Part shown: one piece after another, positions 41,864-52,801 of the stretch
Position numbering within the stretch: the stretch's first letter is position 1
How the letters are laid out: each line of letters opens with the position of its first letter
NCBI GenBank assembly: GCA_028714895.1
Contig: JAQTLM010000007.1
Span: 41,685 to 105,684 of the forward strand
Direction of reading: 5' to 3'
Source: Gallionella sp.
GTDB lineage: Bacteria > Pseudomonadota > Gammaproteobacteria > Burkholderiales > Gallionellaceae
DNA: 64,000 nucleotides
Notes under the pieces: model-generated
Database searches by the model: none
What the model saw: the letters and a program-made list of their open reading frames with translations, nothing else
Told to the model about the DNA's origin: nothing
Translations under genes and position numbers: made by a program

Positions 41864-44800
41864 ATGATGGATATTCAGAAGATAGCTAGCCGGTACCCCG
41901 CTGCGGTAGCAATCGCCTTATTCCTTAATTTCGTTATTCTTATTGGTGCGGCGAGCTATGTCCTGATCGATAAGTTCGAGGTGATTGAGAAAACCCGCGC
42001 GTTCGAAAATTTGCATAGTATCGGCAAGCTCAAGGCCGGCCAGATTCAGCAATATCTTCAGACACGCAAGGGTGATGCGGTTATCGTCTCGGGATTATTG
42101 AGTAATTCCGCAGTTCAACGTTGGCTGAAGAATCCGTCCGGCGATATGCCCGATGCAGTGCGGCAGTCACTGGACATTATCGGCGCAATCTATCAATTGG
42201 GCGGGTTGCAACTGCTGGACGATAAAGCGAATATCCGTTATAGCAACGGGCAATATGCGAAATTGTCCGAAACGGGGAAATCCCTGGCATTGCAGGTAAT
42301 TCATAAAAACTCTCTCAACCTTTCACCGATCTACTTCGGCGACCCGTCCGCCCCGGACAAGCCGTTGCTGGATGTTTTTGCTCCCCTGATAAACCCGGAT
42401 ACCTCGTCTGTTATGGGCGTGCTGGTGCTGCGCGACGATTTACGTTTCCTGTTTTCCCTGATCCAGTCTTGGCCGATTGAAAGCAAGACCGGCGAAACCT
42501 TGCTGGTCACCAGGGACGGCAGCGATGTGCTGTTCCTGAATGAATTACGTTACAAAAAGAGTACTGCGCTTAATCTTCGCCTGCCGATAACAATCAGTGA
42601 TAGTGGGCATATTATTCCAACAGTAGAAATGCTGGAGAAGGGTTATTACGGCGCATTAGAGGCCTTCGACTACCGCGATAAGCCGGTGTTGGCCTATAAC
42701 ATTGCCGTGCCGGATACCTCATGGGGGATGGTGGTCAAGATGGATACGGACGAGGTGCTGGAGCATGTCCGGCGCCTGCAAATAATCGTCTGGATCATTG
42801 CCACATTTTTTATGCTGGGCGCCGGAGCCGTTCTGTGGATATGGTGGAAAAAACAAAAAATCGAACGGCTGGCGCACGATCAATTGGCCAGTGTGGCGGC
42901 AGATTTGCGCATTTCCTCGATTGCCTTCGAAACACACGAGGCGATTATAATTACCGATTGCCATCCGAAAATATTGCGGGTCAACCAGGCGTTCCAGGAC
43001 ATTACCGGCTATACGGCAGAGGAAGTCATCGGCCATAACCCCAACATACTCAGCGCAGAGAGGAAACCCAAAGCTTTTTATGAGGAAATGTGGGCGACCA
43101 TCTTCCGTGAAGGGAGATGGAGCGGGGAAATGCTGGATAAGCGCAAGAACGGCGAGATTTATCCGAAGTGGCTGACAATTACGGCCGTTACCGCGCCGGA
43201 TGGCACGCTCACTAATTACGTCGGTTCGTTTTTCGATATTACGGAGCGCAAGAAAGCAGAGGAGGCATTGCGTGATTCTCGCGAGAGCCTGCATCGCGTG
43301 CTCAATTCGTTAGTTGAAGGTGTCTATGGGGTAGATACCGATGGCAACAGTACCTTCGTCAACCAGTCATGCCTGCGAATGCTGGGTTACCAGAACGATA
43401 ATGAATTGCTTGGCAAAAACATACACGAACTCATTCATCATTCTTATTCCGATGGCAGCCCGTATTCGGTAAGTGAATGCAAAATATATCACGCTCATCG
43501 AACCAATCAAACAGCCAATGTTTCTGATGAGGTGTTTTGGCGTAAGGACGGCACCGCGATCCCGGTTGAATACTGGTCACGTCCTATCGCAACTGACGGC
43601 GTGGTAACAGGTTCAATAGTCACCTTTATTGACATCACTGCGCGCAAGAAAGCGGAAGAAGAAATCAACCGCCTCGCTTTCTTCGATCCGCTGACCAGCC
43701 TGCCCAATCGCCGCCTGTTGCTTGACCGTCTGCAACATGCATTGGCAAGCAGCGCGCGCAGCGGCAGGCATGGCGCGATCATGTTCATCGATCTCGATAA
43801 CTTCAAGGTAATCAATGACACTAGAGGGCATGATTACGGCGATTTGTTATTGGTCGAAATAGCGCGGCGCCTGCAGTCCTGTGTGCGCGAAGGCGATACG
43901 GTGGCCCGGCTTGGCGGCGATGAATTCGTGGTGATGCTGGAAGACCTGGGGAGCCATGCGGAACAGGCTGCGGCGCAGGCCGATGAAGTGGGCGAAAAAA
44001 TCCGCGCGGCCATCAATCAACCCTGCCTAGTCAAGGAATGCGAATTTCATAGCACAGCCAGCATCGGGGTCAACCTGTTTGTCGACCGTGAGACCACGGC
44101 GGAAACATTGCTTAAATATGCAGACATCGCCATGTATCAGGCGAAGGGGTCAGGCCGGAATGCCGTGCGTTTCTTCGATCCGGACATGCAAGCCGTCCTG
44201 GAAACGCGCACTACCCTGGAATCGGATTTGCACCGCGCGCTGGCCGAGCGGCAATTCAGCCTTTATTATCAGGCGCAGATTGACGATGCCGGCCACATTC
44301 TCGGCGCCGAGGCGCTGGTGCGCTGGATTCATCCGCAGCGCGGCATAGTTTCTCCCGCCCAGTTCATTCCCATCGCTGAAGAGAATTCGCTGATTCTTGA
44401 CATTGGCCATTGGGTGCTTGAAACGGCTTGCCGACAGCTCGCCTTATGGGGCAATAACGAGCAGAAATGCAACCTGACGCTTGCCGTGAACGTTAGCGCC
44501 CGGCAATTTAAATTGGTCAATTTTGTGGACAAGGTGGCGGAAGTCATAGAGAACCATCGTATTAACCCGTCGCGCCTGAAGCTGGAACTGACCGAGAGCG
44601 TGGTGCTGGAGAATGTGGCCGATATTGTGACAAAAATGCATGCGTTGAAAGCGCTTGGAGTCGGGTTGTCGATGGACGATTTCGGTACGGGCTATTCATC
44701 GTTGTCCTATCTGAAACAGTTGCCGCTCGATCAACTAAAAATAGACCGGAGTTTTGTGCGTGATATTGTAACTGACCCAAACGATGCCGTGATGGTGCGA

Positions 44801-44971
44801 ACTATCATCGATATGGCACACAATTTCCGCTTGAACATCATTGCCGAAGGCGTAGAAACCGAGGCGCAACTGGATTTCCTCAAGCGGCATGGCTGTATGG
44901 CGTATCAGGGTTATTTGTTCAGCAAGCCCGTACCGGTGGCGGAATTTGAAGCGTTGCTGGGCGGGTTGTAG
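41864..44971 (+). CDS. Cache-like sensor / PAS-PAS / GGDEF-EAL c-di-GMP enzyme
   Basis: Two TM segments around a Cache-like domain (DYRDKPVLAY..VPDTSWGMVVK), two PAS, RLGGDEF, EAL, DDFGTGYSSL. Confidence 0.9.
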   Translation: MMDIQKIASRYPAAVAIALFLNFVILIGAASYVLIDKFEVIEKTRAFENLHSIGKLKAGQIQQYLQTRKGDAVIVSGLLSNSAVQRWLKNPSGDMPDAVRQSLDIIGAIYQLGGLQLLDDKANIRYSNGQYAKLSETGKSLALQVIHKNSLNLSPIYFGDPSAPDKPLLDVFAPLINPDTSSVMGVLVLRDDLRFLFSLIQSWPIESKTGETLLVTRDGSDVLFLNELRYKKSTALNLRLPITISDSGHIIPTVEMLEKGYYGALEAFDYRDKPVLAYNIAVPDTSWGMVVKMDTDEVLEHVRRLQIIVWIIATFFMLGAGAVLWIWWKKQKIERLAHDQLASVAADLRISSIAFETHEAIIITDCHPKILRVNQAFQDITGYTAEEVIGHNPNILSAERKPKAFYEEMWATIFREGRWSGEMLDKRKNGEIYPKWLTITAVTAPDGTLTNYVGSFFDITERKKAEEALRDSRESLHRVLNSLVEGVYGVDTDGNSTFVNQSCLRMLGYQNDNELLGKNIHELIHHSYSDGSPYSVSECKIYHAHRTNQTANVSDEVFWRKDGTAIPVEYWSRPIATDGVVTGSIVTFIDITARKKAEEEINRLAFFDPLTSLPNRRLLLDRLQHALASSARSGRHGAIMFIDLDNFKVINDTRGHDYGDLLLVEIARRLQSCVREGDTVARLGGDEFVVMLEDLGSHAEQAAAQADEVGEKIRAAINQPCLVKECEFHSTASIGVNLFVDRETTAETLLKYADIAMYQAKGSGRNAVRFFDPDMQAVLETRTTLESDLHRALAERQFSLYYQAQIDDAGHILGAEALVRWIHPQRGIVSPAQFIPIAEENSLILDIGHWVLETACRQLALWGNNEQKCNLTLAVNVSARQFKLVNFVDKVAEVIENHRINPSRLKLELTESVVLENVADIVTKMHALKALGVGLSMDDFGTGYSSLSYLKQLPLDQLKIDRSFVRDIVTDPNDAVMVRTIIDMAHNFRLNIIAEGVETEAQLDFLKRHGCMAYQGYLFSKPVPVAEFEALLGGL

Positions 44972-44995
44972 GGGTACAGCGCGCTGCGCCCCTAC
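44968..44995. repeat. GTAG REP providing the stop codon of the upstream gene
   Basis: GTAGGGGTACAGCGCGCTGCGCCCCTAC; TAG is 44969-44971. Confidence 0.75.
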
Positions 44996-45225
44996 TGCCT
45001 TGGCGTATCGCCCTCTGTGCCTGCCCTTGTTGCATGTAAGGCAATACGCAGTGCCGAGGGAAATAGCCTGCCTTTTTGCACCTAATCGTCAATTCGATTT
45101 TGATTGGGGTTGGTTACGATACATCTTGTTGAAACTTTACGAAAGTTTGCCGCCTATGGCGGCAAAATTATGTTCAGGTATCGGATGCTTAGATTCAAAT
45201 ATAACTATAAAACTGGAGGAAAATA

Positions 45226-47208
45226 ATGACACATTCGACAATCGTGCAACGCCTTACCCTGCTGACGGCGGTGCCTGTGATAGCGCTGATCTTGTCTTCG
45301 GGAATGCTGATTTGGGACAGCTTCGGCCGTTACCAAAGCGCGGTCCAGGCGCGCAGCATTATGGAGGTGGCGGTGGCGGCGGGCGATCTGATCCATCCCA
45401 TGCAGGTCGAGCGCGGTTTTACGGCCGGTTTTGTCCAGTCAAAAGGGGAAAAATTTGCGGATATGCTGCCAGGGCTTCGCGCCAAAACCGATGAGAAACT
45501 GGCGGCTTACAAGCGGTTTGTCGAGGGGATCGATACTGCTGCAATGCCGAAATTGAAAAAGGCCGTCGAAGAGGCGCAGCGCGGGTTGGAGGGGTTGGCC
45601 AGTACGCGCGACCAGGCTAATCGCTATACCATCCCTGCCGGGGAAGCATCCGCTTATTTTACCAATACCATTGGCTATCTCTTGGAGGTGATGAGCACCG
45701 CTGCCGAGTACAACAGCGACGCGGCCATCGCGAAGAAGCTGCTGACGTATCATATTTTTTCAAACGCCAAGGAAAACGCCGGGCAGGAGCGGGCGCAGAC
45801 AACACCGGCATTTTTCGCCAACAAGGTTGACCCCACGCAATATCGCGTCATTCTGTCAAAGATACACAAGCAGGAGGCCTATCTGGATTCGTTCATAGAC
45901 TCCGCGAGCGACGAGGAAGAGGCAGCGTTAAAGAAAGTGCTCGACGGGGAGGCGGCGCAGGATGTGCAGCGCATGCGTACTGTCATGGCCGAGCGCTCTG
46001 CGCAGGGCGGGTTCGATGTAGATTCGGCCGTGTGGCTCAAGCGCATCACCGACAAGATCAACGGGTTTTATGAAGTCGAGCAATTGATCACAAAAAATAT
46101 CAATAACGATGTCAATCATCTGTTGTCTGCCAGCCGCACGCTCCTGGTGACGCAACTGATCCTGGCGGCACTGGCGATTGCAATTGCCGTCGTAGTATCG
46201 GTATGGGTGGCGCGCAGCGTAAACCGTCCGCTAACGGCGGTTGTCGATGCGGCCGAGTATGCGGTTGCGCATGACGATTTCACCCGCGGCATTCCCGAGG
46301 AAGGCACGCAGGAAACGGTGCGCGTCGGGCAGGCGATCAATCATCTGATGGAAAAATTCCGCAACATCATTTCGCATACTACCCGCTCCAGCGAAGGCAT
46401 CGCCGACGCATCCGGCGAACTGGCTATTTCAAGCGGCCAGGTTAACAAAAGTTCGTCCGCACAGGCAGATGCCGCCTCATCGGTCGCCGCCGCTGTTGAG
46501 GAAGTATCTGTGAGCGTCAGTGAAACCGCCGCAAATGCCCGCACTGCGGGCGAGATTGTCGAGAAATCCCGCGCCGGAACCGAAAGGGCGCTCGCTGTCA
46601 TGACCGAGACGGTGCAAAACGTGAATGGTATCGCCGCACTGATCCGCGAGTCGGGTAGCAACGTGGGGCGACTCGACGAGAGTTCCAAGAGGATCGGCGG
46701 TATCGTTCAGGTGATCAAAGAAGTTGCCGACCAGACCAACCTGCTGGCATTGAATGCCGCGATTGAAGCAGCGCGCGCTGGCGAGCAGGGAAGAGGTTTC
46801 GCGGTCGTGGCGGACGAAGTGCGTAAGCTTGCCGAGCGCACGTCAAAGGCAACTACGGAGATCGCTTCGCTTATCGGCGATATCCAGAACCATATCGGCG
46901 AGACCGTCACAGGGATGCAACAGGCCAATATTCAGGTTGCGGAAAGCCTTGAACTCGTCGGCAGAACAGAGACTGCGTTACATCGCATCGGCGACGATTC
47001 GCGCGAGGTGGCGAGCAATGTCCAGAGCATTGCCGATGCGGTGCGCGAACAGGATGTCGCCATCCAGCAGGTTGCGGCAAACGTCGAGAAAATCGCCCAG
47101 ATGGCTGAGGAGAACAGCGCTACGGCTGCATCGAGCAGCGATACGGCGATCCAGCTTGACAGGCTGTCCGGTGTGCTCAAGGACTCGGTAGCCCGCTTCA
47201 AGGTCTGA
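45226..47208 (+). CDS. Methyl-accepting chemotaxis protein with NIT (nitrate/nitrite-sensing) domain
   Basis: HPMQVERG and AGQERA NIT motifs, HAMP, signalling hairpin [34 protein letters not shown]. Confidence 0.9.
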   Translation: MTHSTIVQRLTLLTAVPVIALILSSGMLIWDSFGRYQSAVQARSIMEVAVAAGDLIHPMQVERGFTAGFVQSKGEKFADMLPGLRAKTDEKLAAYKRFVEGIDTAAMPKLKKAVEEAQRGLEGLASTRDQANRYTIPAGEASAYFTNTIGYLLEVMSTAAEYNSDAAIAKKLLTYHIFSNAKENAGQERAQTTPAFFANKVDPTQYRVILSKIHKQEAYLDSFIDSASDEEEAALKKVLDGEAAQDVQRMRTVMAERSAQGGFDVDSAVWLKRITDKINGFYEVEQLITKNINNDVNHLLSASRTLLVTQLILAALAIAIAVVVSVWVARSVNRPLTAVVDAAEYAVAHDDFTRGIPEEGTQETVRVGQAINHLMEKFRNIISHTTRSSEGIADASGELAISSGQVNKSSSAQADAASSVAAAVEEVSVSVSETAANARTAGEIVEKSRAGTERALAVMTETVQNVNGIAALIRESGSNVGRLDESSKRIGGIVQVIKEVADQTNLLALNAAIEAARAGEQGRGFAVVADEVRKLAERTSKATTEIASLIGDIQNHIGETVTGMQQANIQVAESLELVGRTETALHRIGDDSREVASNVQSIADAVREQDVAIQQVAANVEKIAQMAEENSATAASSSDTAIQLDRLSGVLKDSVARFKV

Positions 47209-47236
47209 TCCAATTCGCAATCAATAGTGAAATATT

Positions 47237-47313
47237 GTAGGGGCGCGATTCATCGCGCCCCTACTGGGTTATTGGAATAACTCATTTGCCCGTGCGAATA
47301 AATTCGCACCGAC
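47237..47313. repeat. REP pair between convergent genes
   Basis: GTAGGGGCGCGATTCATCGCGCCCCTAC and GTGCGAATAAATTCGCACCGAC, followed by a CCAA run. Confidence 0.7.
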
Positions 47314-47346
47314 CAACCAACCAACCAGCAATTGCTGCTGTCTGGA

Positions 47347-50223
47347 TTAATGGGTCAAATCAAGAACGCCAAGTTTGCCGCGCCAGGCAACGCTTTTGGA
47401 TAAATAACTCATCCGCAGAATATCGGCAAACTCCGTTGCCGGAACCGGCCTGCTGAAATAATACCCCTGCACCACATCGCATGAGTGCAGACGGAGGAAC
47501 GCCAACTGGTCAGCTGTTTCCACGCCTTCGGCAATGGTTCTGAGATTAAGTCCTTGCGCCATATTGATGATGGCGGTGGTGATGGCCGCATCGTCCGGAT
47601 TGGTAGTGATGTCCCTTACAAATGACTGGTCGATTTTCAGGTAATCAATCGGGAAATGCTTTAAGTAACTCAAGCTGGAATATCCGGTGCCAAAATCGTC
47701 AATGGATATGTGCACGCCCATCTCCTTGAAGCGATTGAGCGTGGCAATTGCGGAATTGGTATTACTCATGACCAATCCCTCGGTCAACTCCAGTTCAAGG
47801 TAATGCGGATCAAGCCCGGTATCGCTGAGTACCTTGCTGATTAACTGGCACAGGTTTTGTTGACGGAACTGGACAGCAGACAGGTTGACCGCAATTGAAA
47901 TAGGCGGAAGTTCGGCCTTCTGCCATGCCATGTTTTGCCGGCATGCCTCATTCAGGATCCATTCTCCCAAAGGGACAATCAACCCGCTTTCTTCCGCGAC
48001 GGGGATAAATTTTGCCGGGGAAATCAGTCCTGCAGTCGGATGATTCCACCTGATGAGTGCTTCGGCTCCAATGATGTGGCCCGTCTTTATGTCCACCTGC
48101 GGTTGGTAATGCAGCACAAATTGACCGTGTTCTAAGGCCTTGCGCAGATCCGACTCAATAAACAGTTTTTCCGCTACCTTCGTCTTCATGTCCGCGACAA
48201 AGAATTTGAAATCGTTCCGGCCATTTTCCTTGGTGTGGTACATCGCGGAGTCTGCATTCATGATCAGCGATTCCCGGTCAGTGCCGTCTTCCGGGTAAAC
48301 ACTGATTCCTATGCTTGGAGTGGCGCGGATATTGTGCCCCTCGACTTCATAGGGCTGGCTCAGGGAATGCAGCATTTTCCGCGCCACCGTCAAGATGTTG
48401 CCGGTTTCCGCCATGCCATCCAGAACCACAACAAATTCGTCGCCACCCATTCGTGCCACGGTGTCCACCTCGCGTACGCATTCCTTAAGGCGCGTCGCCA
48501 CAGATTTCAGCAGTTGATCGCCGATCGAATGGCCAAGCGCATCGTTGATGTTCTTGAAGCGATCCATATCCAGAAACAGAACCGCGCACTTGTAGCCGGA
48601 GCGTTTTGCATGCGCTATCGCCAGATCAAGCCGGTCTGATAGCAAGGCGCGATTGGGAAGGTCGGTCAGCGTGTCATAGTATGCAAGGCGCTGGATCCGT
48701 TCTGCCGCGCTGATATCGCCGGTGATATCGCTGAAGACGGCTATGTAATTGGTTGTGTCCTGTGACAGGTTCTTTACTGCGGTTATTTTCAGCCATTCGG
48801 GATAAATTTCCCCGTTTTTGCGCTTGTTCCATATCTCGCCTTGCCAGTGCCCGTTTTCCTGGATGGAAGCCCACATAACCCGGTAATATTCCGCGTCATG
48901 CCGCCCCGATTGCAGGATTTTGGGGTTTTTGCCGACAACCTCTGCCGCCGGGTAGCCGGTTATGGTAGTGAAAGCCTCGTTGACGGTGATAATCGCGCCC
49001 CGGGCATCGGTGATGGTAATGGCATCCCTGCTGCTTTCAAATACTTGGGCGGACAATTGCAATTGTTCCCCGGCCTTTTTAAGATCGTCGATAGTCATGC
49101 TCAGCTTGTTGTTTACAAACCTTAATTTTTTTGAGCCCAGCTCCAGGCGCCGGATCCCACTGGCGATGGACTTGCTTGCCCATCGTGCCAAGTAAGCCAG
49201 AAGAACGATACCCGCGATGGAAAAGGCCAGGTTCAAGTAAAACCATTTGTATTGCCGCTCCAGTCTGGAATCCAGACTTGTTTTTACAAGATTGTTGGTG
49301 ACATTAAGAAGCGCATAGCCATTTTTTACAGGCACTGAAAATTTTGAAAAAAGCTGGTCTGCTTTGACTTCCGGGTGGGGTGGAGAGGCGATCTCATCGG
49401 TCAGCCTAAATACATCGTTGATGTTTTGTTCCAGCTCAGGTGAAAACTTGCCAATCTTGGCGCCGAGTTCCGGACTCGTAGTTGTAACAGCAGCCAAATC
49501 GTGCTGAATATGTTCCAAGGCTTCCATTATATGTGCCTTCAAATTATTCAGGTTTGCTTTGTCCTCATTGGCAATTCTTTCGTGAGGCATGACAGCCATC
49601 ACGCCGGCTCGTAGCCGGCCCAAGTGCTCGATTAGATTGGGAATGGCAAAAGTGGTCAGGTTGCCCAGATGATTGATGCCGATATCCCGGTCGGTAGTCA
49701 ACCCGGAATGGTCCGAAATATCGCCTAACAGATGGATGGCCTTGTTGATCCGGACGCTATGCAAATCGAAACTCTCTTTCGCGGAGAGGCTGGCGGACCG
49801 CGCCTGCAATGTTTGCCATTCGGTTTTTATGAGAGTCCAATTACCGTTGTCGGTGGAATTCAGTATAAAGCCGGCTTTGGCGGGTAATGCGTCGACAGTT
49901 TTGATTTGTGCATCGATCTGCACCTCTTCGGCAATGATCGTTTCCTTGAGGAATGAATTTCCGCTCAAATAACCGGCAGTCAGACCGCGATGCAGTTGCA
50001 AATGCTCTATTGCTCGGGTGATTTGATGGGAATATTCCAGCCCAGCTATTTCGTTTTGAACGGTTTTTATTTCTATATATGAGTTACTGAGAAGATTAAA
50101 ATTAAATAGCACAATGACTACAATCAACATTCCCGTTACGGCGAATATGTTGCGCGTTGGGTTGTTTCGGGTAGGGGGAAGTACAGCGTGTGGCTGCTTT
50201 GATCGTAGATTTTGTTTTTTCAT
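47347..50223 (-). CDS. NIT-like sensor / PAS / GGDEF-EAL c-di-GMP enzyme
   Basis: IEHLQLHRGLTAGYLSG (NIT-like), PAS, RMGGDEF, AEALIRW, DDFGTGYSSL. Confidence 0.88.
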   Translation of the reverse strand: MKKQNLRSKQPHAVLPPTRNNPTRNIFAVTGMLIVVIVLFNFNLLSNSYIEIKTVQNEIAGLEYSHQITRAIEHLQLHRGLTAGYLSGNSFLKETIIAEEVQIDAQIKTVDALPAKAGFILNSTDNGNWTLIKTEWQTLQARSASLSAKESFDLHSVRINKAIHLLGDISDHSGLTTDRDIGINHLGNLTTFAIPNLIEHLGRLRAGVMAVMPHERIANEDKANLNNLKAHIMEALEHIQHDLAAVTTTSPELGAKIGKFSPELEQNINDVFRLTDEIASPPHPEVKADQLFSKFSVPVKNGYALLNVTNNLVKTSLDSRLERQYKWFYLNLAFSIAGIVLLAYLARWASKSIASGIRRLELGSKKLRFVNNKLSMTIDDLKKAGEQLQLSAQVFESSRDAITITDARGAIITVNEAFTTITGYPAAEVVGKNPKILQSGRHDAEYYRVMWASIQENGHWQGEIWNKRKNGEIYPEWLKITAVKNLSQDTTNYIAVFSDITGDISAAERIQRLAYYDTLTDLPNRALLSDRLDLAIAHAKRSGYKCAVLFLDMDRFKNINDALGHSIGDQLLKSVATRLKECVREVDTVARMGGDEFVVVLDGMAETGNILTVARKMLHSLSQPYEVEGHNIRATPSIGISVYPEDGTDRESLIMNADSAMYHTKENGRNDFKFFVADMKTKVAEKLFIESDLRKALEHGQFVLHYQPQVDIKTGHIIGAEALIRWNHPTAGLISPAKFIPVAEESGLIVPLGEWILNEACRQNMAWQKAELPPISIAVNLSAVQFRQQNLCQLISKVLSDTGLDPHYLELELTEGLVMSNTNSAIATLNRFKEMGVHISIDDFGTGYSSLSYLKHFPIDYLKIDQSFVRDITTNPDDAAITTAIINMAQGLNLRTIAEGVETADQLAFLRLHSCDVVQGYYFSRPVPATEFADILRMSYLSKSVAWRGKLGVLDLTH

Positions 50224-50394
50224 GAGTAACTTCCTGAAGCTGTTGTTGATTCCTGCCGGTTCAAGGTTAAGCCAGAAATCTGCTGCAGGTGCGACCCGCC
50301 AAGCGCGTGAAGCCTCTCATCGCGAGGGAGGTAAAATTTCATTTTCTTTTTGTTACATATGTTTAATTATGCACTTAAAAAATATTTGCGGTAT

Positions 50395-50409
50395 GCGGCA
50401 AATTGTCGC
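50395..50409. promoter_or_regulatory. Candidate RegR/RegA-type box in a 35-bp palindrome
   Basis: GCGGC-AAATT-GTCGC matches the GCGGC-N5-GTCGC pattern known for alphaproteobacterial RegR; lies upstream of tpiA. Confidence 0.35.
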
Positions 50410-50584
50410 ATGCCGCAAACGCATAATCGCGCCGCCGGGTATTTTAATACCCGGCATTCTGTCGTGCAGTCATGCACGCCAATCCAACTTCAATTGCACT
50501 CAAATTATGCACGGTTCGTTTCATTGACCGTTCTTTCGTTCACAGGTAGGATTGCGCACTTTAATGCTTATCGGGTTAATTACG

Positions 50585-51340
50585 GTGCGTCGCAAATTGG
50601 TTGCCGGAAACTGGAAGATGTACGGCTCGTTGGTTCAAAACGCCGAGTTGCTGGATGCCGTACATAGCGGGATGGAACAAATCCGGAATGTCGATTGCGC
50701 GGTTTGCGTGCCATTCCCTTATTTGTCCCAAGCGCAGCAAAAACTGTCCGGTAGCGCGGTGAAATGGGGCGCGCAGGATGTGCATCAACTGGAAAAAGGC
50801 GCCTATACCGGCGAGGTATCCGCCGCGATGTTGCGCGATTTCGGTTGTAGCTATGTAATCGTCGGACACTCGGAGCGGCGCGCTTACTATAATGAGAGCC
50901 ACCGTTTGGTGGCTGAGAAATTCCTGGTGGCGCAGCAAGCGGGGATTACGCCTATTCTGTGCGTAGGCGAGACGCTGGAGCAGCGCGAAAGCGGTATTAC
51001 CGAGAGCGTGGTTGCCGGGCAGTTGGATGCGCTGATACAGTTGGGCGGGGCCCAAGCGTTGCATAATGCGGTGGTGGCTTATGAGCCGGTATGGGCAATC
51101 GGCACCGGAAAAACCGCCACTGCAGCGCAGGCGCAGGCGATGCATGCGTTTATCCGCCAGCGTGTAGCATCTCATGATAGTCAGGTTGCAGCGGAGTTGT
51201 GTATACTCTACGGCGGTAGCGTGAAGGCGAATAACGCGGTAGAGCTGTTTGCAATGCCGGATATTGATGGTGGGTTAATCGGCGGGGCTTCCTTGGTGGC
51301 TGATGAATTTCTGGCGATCTGTCGCGCCGGGCAGACTTGA
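50585..51340 (+). CDS. tpiA: Triosephosphate isomerase
   Basis: VAGNWKM, GAYTGE, IVGHSERR, VAYEPVWAIGTG, LYGGSV, GGLIGGASL. GTG start inferred. Confidence 0.97.
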   Translation: MRRKLVAGNWKMYGSLVQNAELLDAVHSGMEQIRNVDCAVCVPFPYLSQAQQKLSGSAVKWGAQDVHQLEKGAYTGEVSAAMLRDFGCSYVIVGHSERRAYYNESHRLVAEKFLVAQQAGITPILCVGETLEQRESGITESVVAGQLDALIQLGGAQALHNAVVAYEPVWAIGTGKTATAAQAQAMHAFIRQRVASHDSQVAAELCILYGGSVKANNAVELFAMPDIDGGLIGGASLVADEFLAICRAGQT

Positions 51341-51402
51341 TTTTGTTTTTGGTATAGTATTTTGGTATAGTATTTCAAATATAGTGCGTTTAGGAGTGGC
51401 GT

Positions 51403-51747
51403 GTGGAAACATTGGTTTGGGTAGTGCATGTTTTGACGGCTGTGGTGCTGATCGGTTTGGTGCTGATGCAGCATGGCAAGGGTGCCGACATGGGGGCGGC
51501 GTTCGGCACCGGTTCGGCAGGCAGCTTGTTCGGTTCCAGCGGCTCCGCGAATTTTCTCAGCCGCAGCACGGCAGTCGCTGCGACGCTATTTTTTATCACC
51601 AGCTTGGCGTTGACTTATATTTATTCCCACCCCACGCAGCAGCAAGGGGTGATGGATAAAGTGAAGCCGGTCGCCACTCAGGCAACTCCGGTCATGCCTG
51701 CGGCTAACCCTGCCGATGACTCGAAGTCCAGGGAGATTCCAAAATAA
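51403..51747 (+). CDS. secG: Preprotein translocase subunit SecG
   Basis: LMQHGKGADMGAAFG.GS..SLFGSSG..NFLSR.T. Confidence 0.95.
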   Translation: METLVWVVHVLTAVVLIGLVLMQHGKGADMGAAFGTGSAGSLFGSSGSANFLSRSTAVAATLFFITSLALTYIYSHPTQQQGVMDKVKPVATQATPVMPAANPADDSKSREIPK

Positions 51748-51776
51748 TTTCTGCCCGAAAGTTTTTTTAGCACATT

Positions 51777-51863
<87 letters not shown>

Positions 51864-51968
51864 GAATATAAATATAAGCCGGCACAACAGCTTGCCGGCG
51901 CAATTAAATAATTAAAAAGTGATTCTGGGCGAACCAGCGAATCACAACAGACCGAGGGAGGAAGCTCA

Positions 51969-52325
51969 ATGTTGGAAAATTATTTTCCGGTGCTGCTGTT
52001 CATCTTTATTGGCATCGTGATGGGCGTGGCTCCTGTAGTGCTGGGCAAGCTGGTATCGCCCCATCGCCCCGATAGCAGAAAAAATTCTCCCTATGAATGC
52101 GGCTTTGAGGCTTTTGAAGACGCGCGCATGAAATTCGACGTGCGCTATTACCTCGTCGCCATCCTGTTCATCCTGTTCGATCTTGAAATCGCCTTTCTCT
52201 TCCCATGGGCGATTGTGCTCAAGGAAATCGGCACCTTCGGTTTTGTTTCCATGATGATCTTTTTGGCCATCCTCGTGGTTGGCTTTATCTACGAATGGAT
52301 GAAAGGAGCACTGGAATGGGAATAG
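51969..52325 (+). CDS. nuoA: NADH-quinone oxidoreductase subunit A
   Basis: [33 protein letters not shown]. Confidence 0.97.
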   Translation: MLENYFPVLLFIFIGIVMGVAPVVLGKLVSPHRPDSRKNSPYECGFEAFEDARMKFDVRYYLVAILFILFDLEIAFLFPWAIVLKEIGTFGFVSMMIFLAILVVGFIYEWMKGALEWE

Positions 52326-52792
52326 AAGGCATTCTGGAAAAGAGTGTCGTCACCACGACGCTTGATACCATCATCAATTACACTCGTACCGGATCGCTGT
52401 GGCCGATGACCTTCGGGCTGGCCTGTTGCGCCGTGGAAATGATGCATGCCGGTGCAGCGCGTTACGACCTGGATCGTTTCGGTGTGGTGTTCCGCCCCAG
52501 CCCGCGCCAGTCTGACGTGATGGTGGTGGCAGGAACACTATGCAACAAAATGGCGCCTGCGTTGCGCAAGGTGTATGACCAGATGGCCGAGCCGCGCTGG
52601 GTGATTTCCATGGGTTCATGCGCGAACGGCGGCGGTTATTACCACTACTCCTATTCGGTGGTGCGCGGCTGCGACCGTATCGTGCCGGTGGACGTGTATG
52701 TGCCGGGTTGCCCGCCGACAGCCGAGGCCCTGCTGTATGGCGTCATCCAGTTGCAAAACAAGATCAAACGAACCAATACCATTGCGCGTTAG
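52316..52792 (+). CDS. nuoB: NADH-quinone oxidoreductase subunit B
   Basis: [28 protein letters not shown]. Confidence 0.97.
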   Translation: MGIEGILEKSVVTTTLDTIINYTRTGSLWPMTFGLACCAVEMMHAGAARYDLDRFGVVFRPSPRQSDVMVVAGTLCNKMAPALRKVYDQMAEPRWVISMGSCANGGGYYHYSYSVVRGCDRIVPVDVYVPGCPPTAEALLYGVIQLQNKIKRTNTIAR

Positions 52793-52801
52793 GGTTGAAC
52801 T

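Noticed and set aside
50224-50340. Possible c-di-GMP riboswitch upstream of the NIT-GGDEF-EAL gene
   Set aside because: No GEMM core (GGCAAACC..GAAA..GGGACGCAAAGC) on either strand.
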